A DNA stretch of 64,000 nt from contig CAVPXM010000030.1 in assembly GCA_963709405.1 (NCBI GenBank), positions 32,001-96,000 of the forward strand, given 5' to 3'. Below are positions 33,054 to 42,967 of this stretch, in pieces. The notes under the pieces are model-generated. The model was not told the origin of the DNA. It was given only the letters and a program-made list of their open reading frames with translations, and did not search any database. The position numbers were made by a program, and so were the translations under genes. Positions within the stretch are counted from its first letter, which is position 1. Every line of letters begins with the position of its first letter. This DNA is from an uncultured Nitrososphaerales archaeon. GTDB taxonomy: Archaea > Thermoproteota > Nitrososphaeria > Nitrososphaerales > Nitrososphaeraceae.

Positions 33054-33512
33054 CTTTCCAGTTTTGTATCGCTAGCGATTTGAGAGCACGTGCCCATGAT
33101 CGAGAATATACACATGTAGTTATATCATCAATCTCAATGTACATCGAACCTTCAGTCTATACTTACAATGTCTCATTTTAGAGAATGTTTATACTCTGGC
33201 ATGCTGCATATCGTTATTAGAACAGTTTTTTCCGATATAACTAAGCCAGATTTTACAAGAATCCAATACTGTCTGACATGCTGAAAATTACTACATCTAG
33301 AATGATCAGGGAATTGTATCATGTTTTTGTCGGCGTTACTAATCATCCTGGCTGCCATTATCTATAGAACTCATCGTAAATATTTTCAATATCGATCGCT
33401 TGAATTCTTCGATTTGCGACAAGTAACTACTTTACAATATAAACCGTTATTCTGATTAATCATAGATAGTTTTTACTGAGGTTAATTAACAGCATTTAGA
33501 CATTAAGTAATA

Positions 33513-33698
33513 ATGATTGAAAACATCCTGTATGTAGTTATCGGATTTGTTGTTACCTATCTGTCACTGGAATTAGCGTGGCACTTTACAGCCTGCAGAA
33601 TCAAGGACAAGAAACTAAGACCTTGCATGTTCAAAGAAATTAAAACAGTCTTGATGGTATCTCAAACTAGTCGTCGTCATAGGAAGGATGGTGTATAG
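33513..33698 (+). CDS. Small membrane protein
   Basis: N-terminal TM helix; 6 nt upstream of the next ORF. Confidence 0.5.
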   Translation: MIENILYVVIGFVVTYLSLELAWHFTACRIKDKKLRPCMFKEIKTVLMVSQTSRRHRKDGV

Positions 33699-33704
33699 TA
33701 ATAA

Positions 33705-34100
33705 ATGATGATAACTACAGAATTGCAAGAAATAAGAAATGTCTTCAGAGGACTAGAAACACTATATCAAACATACCTTCCAAAAGTCGATCCTACGCTG
33801 ATTCGTGAACTTCTAGTACGCGAACAAGATAAGACTGAACGTGCACCTTTTTACATGGTTGAAGTATTTACCAAGAAGGGTACTGATTCGCAATGGTGCA
33901 AGGCTCATATATTGAATACTACTGGGTTTGTTCCTGCAATATACGATAATGGTACTCACTATGTAACTAATATGAGATTAACATACGACATTCTCAAAAG
34001 ATTAAATGACTTTGACTTTGTGAATGAAGTTTCAGGTGATTATACTGGCACATTAACAGGTAGAGGAGCATCACACGAACGTAGAGGCCACACAGACTAG
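33705..34100 (+). CDS. Hypothetical protein
   Basis: 131-aa ORF with normal composition (PFYMVEVFTKKG...PAIYDNGTHYV). Confidence 0.65.
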   Translation: MMITTELQEIRNVFRGLETLYQTYLPKVDPTLIRELLVREQDKTERAPFYMVEVFTKKGTDSQWCKAHILNTTGFVPAIYDNGTHYVTNMRLTYDILKRLNDFDFVNEVSGDYTGTLTGRGASHERRGHTD

Positions 34101-34330
34101 TAGGAAAACAGCTCTAGAGATCCAAGCCCGTTTTGGCAATATCTAATAATTTCAGTAACTCCAATCTGTGCTTCTGAGGATCTTGGTACTTGATGTGATG
34201 CTCTGTCGTTCTTTATGTCAGGATGTAATCTGCAGTAAAAGTAGTTTTATTTTTCGCGATTATTGTATAACACGATAACGAGGCGTGTATGTCGTTAACT
34301 TTGGCCGGATCAGCGTCGGTCACCTCAGAT

Positions 34331-34753
34331 TTAATTTATCAAATTATGGTAATTTCTTACCAAGATCATCTGTCTTCCGTTGTATGAGCCTATCCATTTG
34401 TGAGTAGGATCTTCTGATGGAGGACTCTTTAGGCTATTTAGATAGCTAAGTATATCTTGCTTTGTCATTTGTCGAAAAGACTTGGCCAAGTAATTTGATA
34501 GCCATATCAACATTTTTATTTTCCCTTCTTTGGTCGACTCTTTGATATTGATTTCCGCCTGTTCGGCTAAAATGTAATCACAAACGACATTAGCATTTTC
34601 CGTGTTGACTGCGGCGAGTCTCTTCAAAGCCTGTCTAAAATAAGGCTTTGAGTTGTATTGTGTGATAGAGTCTATCTTTGTTTCCAGTTCATTGCATATA
34701 GCTTTTAGATGTATCTCTTGAAGCGCCAATATTGTTGTAAGAAATAGGCACAT
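34331..34753 (-). pseudogene. Tyrosine recombinase/integrase N-terminal (SAM-like) fragment
   Basis: ENANVVCDYILAEQAEINIKESTKEGKIK...MTKQDILSYLNSL...DPTHKWIGSYN resembles Nitrososphaera integrase N-termini; no catalytic domain; starts just past a tRNA 3' end. Confidence 0.7.
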
Positions 34754-34792
34754 ATCATAGTTAATGAGTTTACGTTAAGAATCCAAGTAAAG

Positions 34793-34876
34793 CGCGGGGA
34801 GTGGGATTCGAACCCACGGGTTCTTTCGAACATGGGATTAGCAATCCCACGCCCTACCAGGCTAGGCGACCCCCGC
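34793..34876 (-). tRNA. tRNA-Ser(GCT)
   Basis: Cloverleaf GCGGGGG...TGGGA-TTGCTAA-TCCCA, long variable arm GTTC-GAAA-GAAC, T arm GGTTCGAATCC, discriminator G. Confidence 0.95.
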
Positions 34877-35212
34877 TATAACAAAAAAATACCATGAGCA
34901 TTATATTAATTGTAGGTAATGTTCAATTTTGTATTGATTTATCTATGATATTGTATATTCATTAGGCTCTATAAACCACATTAATACAAAGGCCTTAGAG
35001 CTGTTTAAAGTATGATTTTCTCTTCAAAATCAAGATGTGATAGACTAGTACAGACAATGTTAAACGGGATAAAAAACACTACACACTCGATATGATATTT
35101 CGTCCCATAAATGCCACAAACAAATTCAGGTTTGGCGGTCTATGAACAATTAGTTAGGCGCCCTAATCAAATACAAAATTAATGGCCCGTATTTGGAAGG
35201 TTAGAAGCTCCT

Positions 35213-35788
35213 GTGCAAACGTTCCCACAGTTGTCATATAACAGATTTGATATTCTTCAGAATCTTACAGAAAGAATCAATTCTATTGTATTTGAAATGA
35301 CCTTGGACTACTCGGTTAAAAGGATTATAATATGGACCAGACTGATTATACTATCTTTGAACCTTAAAGAGTCAAATGAAATCTTTCGAAAGGCAATCAT
35401 TAAGACATACTTTGAACCCGAATTACTGAAAATGGACTTTCGTAAATCTTTTGCAAAACATCCTACAATTAAGGATGAGGGTTTAACAGTAGATGATGCA
35501 TTGCATTTATATTTTGACCTGAATACTGGGGATGACTATCCTGATGGTGATGAGTGGTTTACAATCGAATATCTAATACCATATAGTGTAAAATTACCCG
35601 ATAATCTTAAAGGACCAGATTATTTTACAACTATCTCAGTTTCAGAAGGTAAGCATTTTTGGAGACATCGGGAATTAATTCGATATAAATATGGCAAATC
35701 CAAGAAATTATCTGAATCTTTGGAATTTATAAATAGAAAATACCGTGAATTGATCGAGATTTTGCAGGATTCCTCGGTTATTAATTAA
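35213..35788 (+). CDS. Hypothetical protein (true start probably downstream)
   Basis: Long ORF; DYPDGDEWFTIEY...GPDYFTT...FWRHRELIRYKYG. Confidence 0.6.
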   Translation: MQTFPQLSYNRFDILQNLTERINSIVFEMTLDYSVKRIIIWTRLIILSLNLKESNEIFRKAIIKTYFEPELLKMDFRKSFAKHPTIKDEGLTVDDALHLYFDLNTGDDYPDGDEWFTIEYLIPYSVKLPDNLKGPDYFTTISVSEGKHFWRHRELIRYKYGKSKKLSESLEFINRKYRELIEILQDSSVIN

Positions 35789-35838
35789 CTAGGATAAATA
35801 TCTAAAACGTTATCGCTTCTCTCAATAACGACCTTCGA

Positions 35839-36348
35839 TCACTCGCTGCTCTCATGACCAGGCCCTGCAACAGAAGGATACCATCTATGGTTGTTCTCGT
35901 TGTATAAATATACTATCTCATTTAAATGAGTAGGGAAGGATTTTAGCTGGATTTCGACAATATCGACCATGTATTCGATCTTTTCAATAGCCATTTCAAA
36001 TTGCCTAGTATTTTTACTCTTTAGTATGAATGTGACACTCGCAAGGCTATTGTAAGAGGTTCTGCAAAAATGAAAGACTATCTTAATATTCCTTTTACCT
36101 CTTCTTTTTGCCATTTCTTTTAGCACCTCTTTAATTTTGAACCATCTCTCCACAGAAAACCATCTAAAGAAAGACTCGCCATATGAAACTGGGAATCCAA
36201 TTTCAACCATACTCACAAAATTTGTATCATTAGGTGTGAGTTGTTCTTCTTGTAATTCGAATGATTCTCTTAAAATATCATATATGATTTCGATTTCGAA
36301 TGGAGAAATGCCATAATATCTAAAGTTAGCACTGGTTTCATTGCCCAA
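35839..36348 (-). CDS. Hypothetical protein
   Basis: 169-aa ORF with normal composition. Confidence 0.6.
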   Translation of the reverse strand: MGNETSANFRYYGISPFEIEIIYDILRESFELQEEQLTPNDTNFVSMVEIGFPVSYGESFFRWFSVERWFKIKEVLKEMAKRRGKRNIKIVFHFCRTSYNSLASVTFILKSKNTRQFEMAIEKIEYMVDIVEIQLKSFPTHLNEIVYLYNENNHRWYPSVAGPGHESSE

Positions 36349-36822
36349 TATAATAACTCAGACAAATTCCCAAACTAAAGAGTTACTGCGCCATATTAGG
36401 TTGCCTGTCGAGATCGGTCATAAGTAAAATGTGCACTTTAACCTTCTCATTTTGATTGGATCAGTTCAGAATTTGGAAATATTTTAGATTTTTTTAGGTA
36501 AATTATATCATCTAACGATATCTCATCTTTTTTGCCTTTGCCATAAAATAAATTTCATGCTACTCCAGGACATACGCCCTCACAACATATCGTTAATCAA
36601 GTTATCGATATTCTTAATACCGCTAGATCTATCCCTCAACCTTATAATGATTTCATGCTTTGTACATTAACACATATGGGGTAAGAACTAGCCATCAACC
36701 CTAGCAAGACCTAATTGGCTTGCAATAGAAAAATTATGCAGGATAAGTTGTTAATCGGCCCTTGGCTCGGCAAGAATTTATGAAATCATATCAATTTATG
36801 CGGATAAGTATTTAATGCATGT

Positions 36823-37857
36823 TTGAACACTACAACTAATATATTGAGTATTTCGATGCAAACAAATCCACTTGATGTATTGGACAAGCAATTGCTAAAT
36901 GATATCCAATGGACATTCCCCTTTGCTGATAGGCCGTTTCTTGAAATTTCTGGGCGTTATGGTGTTTCTGAAACAGAAATTATTCAGAGGATATCAAAAT
37001 TGAAAACGATGGGTCTAATCCGACAGATAAATGCAATTTTTGATACTAGGAAGCTTGGCTATAAGAGTGCCCTCGTAGCATTCTCGGTTAAATCGGATAA
37101 GATTGAATTCATCGCTAATGAGATAAATAAGCACCCCGGCGTTAGTCACAATTACGAGAGAAATCATGAGTTCAATATCTGGTTCACTCTTGCAGTCGCT
37201 CCAGGTGATGATATGAAGATTGCACTCGATAAGATGTCGTCGCTGGACGGAGTCCTGAAATATAGATTGATGCCTACGCTTAAACTATACAAAATTGGCG
37301 TGAGGTTAGATATGATCAACGGAGATCCAGTTACTCCATCGCCTTCGGATAAAGTTAAAGATCCTGTTACGAAAGGGTTCGAGATCACAGAGCGTGATAA
37401 GGATTTTGTAAGAGAACTACAGAAAGATTTGAAAATTATTCCTGAACCTTTTAAAATTAATGCTGATAATCTTGGCATAACTACTGTGGAACTCTTTGAG
37501 AAAGCTAGAGAATATGAGAAAATCGGTGTCATGCGAAGGTTTGCGGCAATCTTGCGTCATCGTGAAGCTGGATTTACTGCCAACGGTATGATAGTTTGGA
37601 ATGTGCCCGCTGACAATATCGATGAAATTGGCAATAGACTTGCTACGTTTCCAGAGGTAAGTCATTGCTATCGCAGACCAGTCTATCCTGACTGGCGATT
37701 TAATTTGTTTAGCATGATACATGCACGCTCATTGGAAGGGGCAGAGAAAATTGCATTCGAAATATCAAAAATCATTGGAATTAGTGATTATCAAATCCTG
37801 TTTAGCACACGGGAATTTAAGAAAGAACGAGTTAGGTACTTTGAAGAAAGTACTTAA
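36823..37857 (+). CDS. Siroheme decarboxylase AhbA-AhbB fusion (Lrp/AsnC-like, NirDL/GH family)
   Basis: Two tandem units: HPGVSHNYER..FNIWFTL and VSHCYRRP..PDWRFNLFSMIH...REFKKERV. Confidence 0.88.
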   Translation: MNTTTNILSISMQTNPLDVLDKQLLNDIQWTFPFADRPFLEISGRYGVSETEIIQRISKLKTMGLIRQINAIFDTRKLGYKSALVAFSVKSDKIEFIANEINKHPGVSHNYERNHEFNIWFTLAVAPGDDMKIALDKMSSLDGVLKYRLMPTLKLYKIGVRLDMINGDPVTPSPSDKVKDPVTKGFEITERDKDFVRELQKDLKIIPEPFKINADNLGITTVELFEKAREYEKIGVMRRFAAILRHREAGFTANGMIVWNVPADNIDEIGNRLATFPEVSHCYRRPVYPDWRFNLFSMIHARSLEGAEKIAFEISKIIGISDYQILFSTREFKKERVRYFEEST

Positions 37858-37947
37858 CTGCTAATTTTATTTATGAATAACAAGGTAGATGATGGGTTTA
37901 GAATCTGATTTTGCTCCGGTCTCCGTCTCACATTGGCTTGCGAAGCT

Positions 37948-38952
37948 TTATTCAGAATTTGCAATCGATGAGGATTGTATATAAAAATTATTATTGTATA
38001 ACTCTGATATCTGAAACATTTCCTTTTCGCCGAGATACTTACCGTCAGACATTTCAGCAATTGCCTCAAGTTCTGGGATGTCTAGGACAGTAGGTAGGAC
38101 AACTGAAATCTCTCTTTGAGAGAGTATGAATTTAAATGCTAACTCGGTAATATTAAACCCTCTTGACTCTGCAATATGTCTCATCTTTTCAACTTTCTGT
38201 AACGCCTCAAGGATCCATTCCCTTTTTCTGCTTCCTCTGTGATCATTCTTATCGAATGTAGTGTCAGCTTTAACCTTGCCAGTCAATATTCCTGAGGCGT
38301 CAGGAACCCGTACTATGATTCCTACATCATTTTGGCGAGCCACATCAAAGAAGGCCCTTCCAGGATCCTGTTCTAGAATATTGTAGACAGTTTGCAAGCA
38401 CGTAATATTTCTTGTTCTTGTAGCCAGCAATCCTTCTTCCATCCATCCAATAGCTGGACCCAGTGCTACACCATAACTCTTAATTTTTCCATCTAATGCT
38501 AAAGAATCGAGAGAATCAAATATGGTGTCATTTTGTATTGCATCGATTTTCGGATTATGAAGACTGTATACATCAATATAATCAGATTGTAAACGATCCA
38601 TACTCCTTTGTAGCGCATAATGCAAAAACTCACTATTGTGCTTCTGTGGTATCTCATTATGCCCAACTTGTTTGCTATTATATATGTCATACCCCCATTT
38701 TGTAGAGTAGACTAACTCTTCTCTGTTCATACCTTTAAAGGCTTGTGATATTAGTCTTTCACTCTTGCCATTTCCGTAAATATCCGCAGTCTCGTAGAAA
38801 TTGATTCCAAGATCATATGCACGTTTGAGCATTTTTATTGCATCGTCATCATCTACCCTCTTACCGCCCCACCAATCAAGCGCAATAGCCCAAGCTCCAA
38901 AACCGACCTCGCTTACTTTTATATTGCTTTTACCTAATTTTCTATATTTCAT
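37948..38952 (-). CDS. Aldo/keto reductase
   Basis: MKYRKLGKSNIKVSEVGFGAW, GINFYETADIYGNGKSE and SMDRLQSDYIDVYSLH. Confidence 0.92.
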   Translation of the reverse strand: MKYRKLGKSNIKVSEVGFGAWAIALDWWGGKRVDDDDAIKMLKRAYDLGINFYETADIYGNGKSERLISQAFKGMNREELVYSTKWGYDIYNSKQVGHNEIPQKHNSEFLHYALQRSMDRLQSDYIDVYSLHNPKIDAIQNDTIFDSLDSLALDGKIKSYGVALGPAIGWMEEGLLATRTRNITCLQTVYNILEQDPGRAFFDVARQNDVGIIVRVPDASGILTGKVKADTTFDKNDHRGSRKREWILEALQKVEKMRHIAESRGFNITELAFKFILSQREISVVLPTVLDIPELEAIAEMSDGKYLGEKEMFQISELYNNNFYIQSSSIANSE

Positions 38953-38953
38953 A

Positions 38954-39541
38954 TTACTTATTCAGCGTCTCCAAAATTCTGGTCCTGATCTGTTGAAATT
39001 TCTCATCATCGAAAACAGGTCGACCGTGATCTTCTAGCATCTCAGCTTCATTGCCAGATATTTCAATCGATATCCAAGATTTACAGCCAGACCATTCTGG
39101 TTTTATGTAAACAGGTATAGTGTGATTCATCTTGTAAACTCGTAATATTATCATATTCATAGATTTCTTGGGGTTATAATTCATTCTCATTTCTAAGTAG
39201 CTCTTGTTCCATATATGATATTTTTCGAGCTTTGACAGAATGTATTTGTCGTTGATCTGTCTAATATCTGAAACCTCTGCGTATGCGGCTATATTTCTTT
39301 TTTCATCAGTGTTGTCCTTCAATATCGTTTCAAGCTTGTGCGCATAATCCACTTGGAGAGCCTTACTTGATTGATGTTCCATAGTTGGGAACAAAAGAAA
39401 TCTATCGTTAACAAGCTTAAATCCATCTTTATATTCCAGAATCCCACCCTTTCGCAGTAACACCACCTGCCTTCCCTCTTCTAGCGCCTTGCAGATTATT
39501 GCCCATTCTTTAAGGGCAGAAATGGGAACCTCCGAGGTCAT
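38954..39541 (-). CDS. DUF1802-family protein
   Basis: ALKEWA.ICKALEEGRQVVLLRKGGI.E, LFPTMEHQ and GCKSWI. Confidence 0.85.
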   Translation of the reverse strand: MTSEVPISALKEWAIICKALEEGRQVVLLRKGGILEYKDGFKLVNDRFLLFPTMEHQSSKALQVDYAHKLETILKDNTDEKRNIAAYAEVSDIRQINDKYILSKLEKYHIWNKSYLEMRMNYNPKKSMNMIILRVYKMNHTIPVYIKPEWSGCKSWISIEISGNEAEMLEDHGRPVFDDEKFQQIRTRILETLNK

Positions 39542-40260
39542 CCCAGACTCCTGATAATGATATCAATTGGTTTATACACACATACTATCATCGGTGTATC
39601 TTTCACCACGTAGCGGCTCACTCGCGTCTCTCGTAATTGGATTATCAAATCCTGAAAAACCATCAGATCATCTGTCTCAAAGGCAAGCGTAAAATCTTGA
39701 TCGTGAATACCGAAGGAATAGGAAGTATTGATTCGTATTTGTGGAAACTTTTTTCCAACAGTTATGTGTTCTTCCATCATTTTTTTCCGGTCATCTAGGG
39801 GTAGCAAATACCATTCCCTTGATTTAATGAACGGATATACAATGAGATATTTCATTGGTTGCTCATCAAGCATAAAACCAGGCTGGATTTTATTATTCGA
39901 ATAAATTGACGGTCTATAGGCAGATAAGTAAACCAGCGAAGGGTCTATATATTTACCTACAATGGTGGTATAAACCTTCGAAGCAAGAACCTGAAATTTT
40001 TCAATCGAGTCGGAGATCATCCATAGCATAAAGTCCATATCATGTCGAAGTCCTAGACTTGAATATGTTCTAACTTTCATCTTTGTATTTGCTACCTCTA
40101 TTAACGTTGAAAACTCTTTAGACGCTTCTTCCTTCCCAATATCATTTAACCATCTCCACTTTTGATCGATTTTAAAAAATGAAAAATTGAGATATAGTGC
40201 TGACGAACGCGTCTTTTGCTCGCCCTCATTATCACCGGACAAATTCATAATTAAAATCAA
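39538..40260 (-). CDS. Chlorite dismutase-family protein, likely coproheme decarboxylase (ChdC/HemQ)
   Basis: YPFIKSREWYLLPLDDRKKMMEEHI.VG and YSFGIHDQDF.LAFETDD. Confidence 0.85.
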   Translation of the reverse strand: MILIMNLSGDNEGEQKTRSSALYLNFSFFKIDQKWRWLNDIGKEEASKEFSTLIEVANTKMKVRTYSSLGLRHDMDFMLWMISDSIEKFQVLASKVYTTIVGKYIDPSLVYLSAYRPSIYSNNKIQPGFMLDEQPMKYLIVYPFIKSREWYLLPLDDRKKMMEEHITVGKKFPQIRINTSYSFGIHDQDFTLAFETDDLMVFQDLIIQLRETRVSRYVVKDTPMIVCVYKPIDIIIRSLG

Positions 40261-40342
40261 GAGTCCTTTATCATATTTAAATTACATAATACCTGAAGAA
40301 ACAATAAAGTCTAACTACGCCCAAGAAATATCATTCATTTTC

Positions 40343-41119
40343 CTATTTATCCTCCAATCCTAACCATCCGTACCCTCGAGTTTCAAGTTCTTCAGATAAT
40401 CCCTTGTCCCCTGATTTTATTATTTTTCCATTTGTCATTATGTGAACGTGATCCAGTTTCTTGAGATATCTTAGAATTCTAGCGTAGTGTGTGATTACCA
40501 TTATCCCAGCGCCAGTGTCAATCAAATCATTAATTGCCCCTGCAACTGATCGTACTGCATCGATATCCAAACCCGAGTCTGGTTCGTCCAAGATGGCAAC
40601 GTTCGGTTTTAAGACTAGCATTTGCATCACCTCTGATCTTTTTTTCTCTCCCCCAGAAAATCCTTCGTTAAGATATCTACTGAGAAACGAAGGGTCAAGG
40701 CCAACAGAGTCTAAATTGCTTTTTACATATTCATGAAATTCTTTCACAGTCAAAAAAACTTCTCTATTCTTTTGCTCTTGACCCAAAGATTTGCTCAATG
40801 CGTTATAAGCATTTCTTAAAAAATGACTATACCCAACGCCAGAAATTTCAGTTGGATACTGGAAACCTAGGAATAATCCCTTATTTGCTCTTTCATCAGT
40901 CCTAAGGCCTAAAATGCTTTTTCCATCCACAAGGATATCGCCTGATTTAACTGCATATCTTGGATGTCCCAATAGTACATTTGCAAAGGTGCTCTTTCCA
41001 GAGCCATTTGGCCCCATTATTGCATGGACTTCACCTTTATCGACAGTTAAGGTAAGGCCTGAGAGAATTTCCTTTTCGTCGATACTAGCATGCAAATCTT
41101 TAACTTCTAGAAACGGCAT
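40343..41119 (-). CDS. sufC: Fe-S cluster assembly ATPase SufC
   Basis: GEVHAIMGPNGSGKST, FQYPTEISGV, NEGFSGGEKKR and LDEPDSGLDID; likely start is MPFLEV at 41119. Confidence 0.93.
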   Translation of the reverse strand: MPFLEVKDLHASIDEKEILSGLTLTVDKGEVHAIMGPNGSGKSTFANVLLGHPRYAVKSGDILVDGKSILGLRTDERANKGLFLGFQYPTEISGVGYSHFLRNAYNALSKSLGQEQKNREVFLTVKEFHEYVKSNLDSVGLDPSFLSRYLNEGFSGGEKKRSEVMQMLVLKPNVAILDEPDSGLDIDAVRSVAGAINDLIDTGAGIMVITHYARILRYLKKLDHVHIMTNGKIIKSGDKGLSEELETRGYGWLGLEDK

Positions 41120-41406
41120 ACAAGTACAATATATTCCCCGATATATAATATATGAGCGTAATAAAAAGCCAAGATATCTACTTGACAAAAAATTGTGTAA
41201 AATATAAAATTAAAATGATTCTGTCGTTAAAGATTATTAGATTCGGGTTTCAAGAATCACCGTGAACAGTAATGTTTCTGGACTCATGCTTTAATTCATA
41301 GTTCAATATTGCTTCTATCTATTCGGATAACATATCTCAAAGGTTAAGCCTAGCGTACTAGATAGTCGGCATCGAAATGCTTGAATGCAAGAAACAGTCA
41401 AAGACC

Positions 41407-41946
41407 TTAAGCTACTTTTAATATTCCCGTCATGTAAGGATGTACAGTGCAGTGAAATGGATATTGTTGTCCAGATGATAACTTTGAAGTATCGACTTTG
41501 GCTGATTCACCTGCGTTAATTATACTTGTATCAAATAACTTGCCAGCGTTTGCATCATCAGGTCCCTTCCCATTTGTAACAGTATGAGGTACAGAATCTT
41601 TATTTACTACTTGCACAACATTGCCCTTTTTGACACTAATTGGACTGGGGTTATAAGCTGGGTTTCCTTGTATTGAAGCGCCTTGCATAACAGTAAGCGT
41701 TGCACCAACAGGTCCACTAACGTTAGTAGCGGCTACTTTATTGGTTATACTCCCATTAGCTGTTCCTCCAGAAGATAAACCTGACTGCGTAGAATTTACT
41801 TTAGGAAGATCTTTGCGGTCCAAATCATCAATTACTCCAGGGGTTGGAGCTACCAGAGCAAATAGATAAAAACATAAGATACCAGTGATAGCTCCTAATA
41901 CGATAAGTGCAACAAATGCTACTATACCAGCAGAATGCATCTCCAT
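41407..41946 (-). CDS. Membrane-anchored blue copper protein (plastocyanin/cupredoxin)
   Basis: N-terminal TM helix; N.DSVPHTVT and C.VHP.M type-1 copper ligands. Confidence 0.9.
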   Translation of the reverse strand: MEMHSAGIVAFVALIVLGAITGILCFYLFALVAPTPGVIDDLDRKDLPKVNSTQSGLSSGGTANGSITNKVAATNVSGPVGATLTVMQGASIQGNPAYNPSPISVKKGNVVQVVNKDSVPHTVTNGKGPDDANAGKLFDTSIINAGESAKVDTSKLSSGQQYPFHCTVHPYMTGILKVA

Positions 41947-42460
41947 ATGAATATCAGTTCCTATATTAAATTCTTAACTGAATCCTAATATACTTGAATT
42001 GTAATCGTCAACATATAACGAACTGACTTTTTGATTAACCGTTAGCGTTGAATGATTCTGATGCTAGATATCCGCTAAACCACTTCTTATTGCGTTACTT
42101 AATTTTAAGAAAATATCAAAATCTCCTGAAAACATACCAATGTTGTACTCGACGACTCCAAATTAATAACTTGTTGAGTTGAGCAGCGTAATTCGTAACC
42201 TAGCTCGTCTTTCAGCTAATTATAGGATATCTTCAGTGGTTGCAACTTTATTTGCTACTGATTTCCAAATCTAGACGTGTTTTAGCCCAAAATTAGAATC
42301 AGGAAGATATACATTCCGCGCATCTCAGAATGAACTTGACTTCTTTTCTTCAGTAGTTCAAATATAATTTACGTGAATTGCATATAATCTGATAACGTTT
42401 ATTAATTCTTAGATAAGGCTTTAGTCACAAATATAAGATGGTATCGGAAACTGGACTTTT

Positions 42461-42955
42461 ATGAGCCGAGATATTGAGCGAGAGCAAGCTACCATGGACC
42501 AGAAAATGAACGAATTGATACAGCAATCTAGAGTTCTAGAGGCTTATATGAATGATATCATAGCTCGAGAGACCACTATTACAAGAATGATTCAAGAGGC
42601 CCGGTTGGCGTCCGATGCTCTTCACAATATGCTTAATGAAACCGACCATGAATCTTTAACACCTATCGGTATTGGTATTTATATGAAGGCATTAATTCCT
42701 CCGGTAAAAAAGCTATTAGTAAATATTGGAGCAGGAGTTACAATCGAAAAAACTAGGGATGATACTATAAATTACGTGGAGAGTAGATTGAATGAATTCG
42801 AAGTGGGATTGAGAGAGCTTAACAAGCAGAGACAACAAATTTCATTAAATATGGAACAAATCCAGGTACAAATCAATCAATTGCTTCGTCAAGCAAGGAA
42901 TGCTCAAACCACAAAACGGCAACATATTGCTAATGATGGCACGTCTAAACAGTAA
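42461..42955 (+). CDS. pfdA: Prefoldin subunit alpha
   Basis: Coiled coils flanking LTPIGIGIYMKA...LLVNIGAGVTIEK; directly upstream of ftsY. Confidence 0.88.
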   Translation: MSRDIEREQATMDQKMNELIQQSRVLEAYMNDIIARETTITRMIQEARLASDALHNMLNETDHESLTPIGIGIYMKALIPPVKKLLVNIGAGVTIEKTRDDTINYVESRLNEFEVGLRELNKQRQQISLNMEQIQVQINQLLRQARNAQTTKRQHIANDGTSKQ

Positions 42956-42967
42956 GGCCGATAGAGT

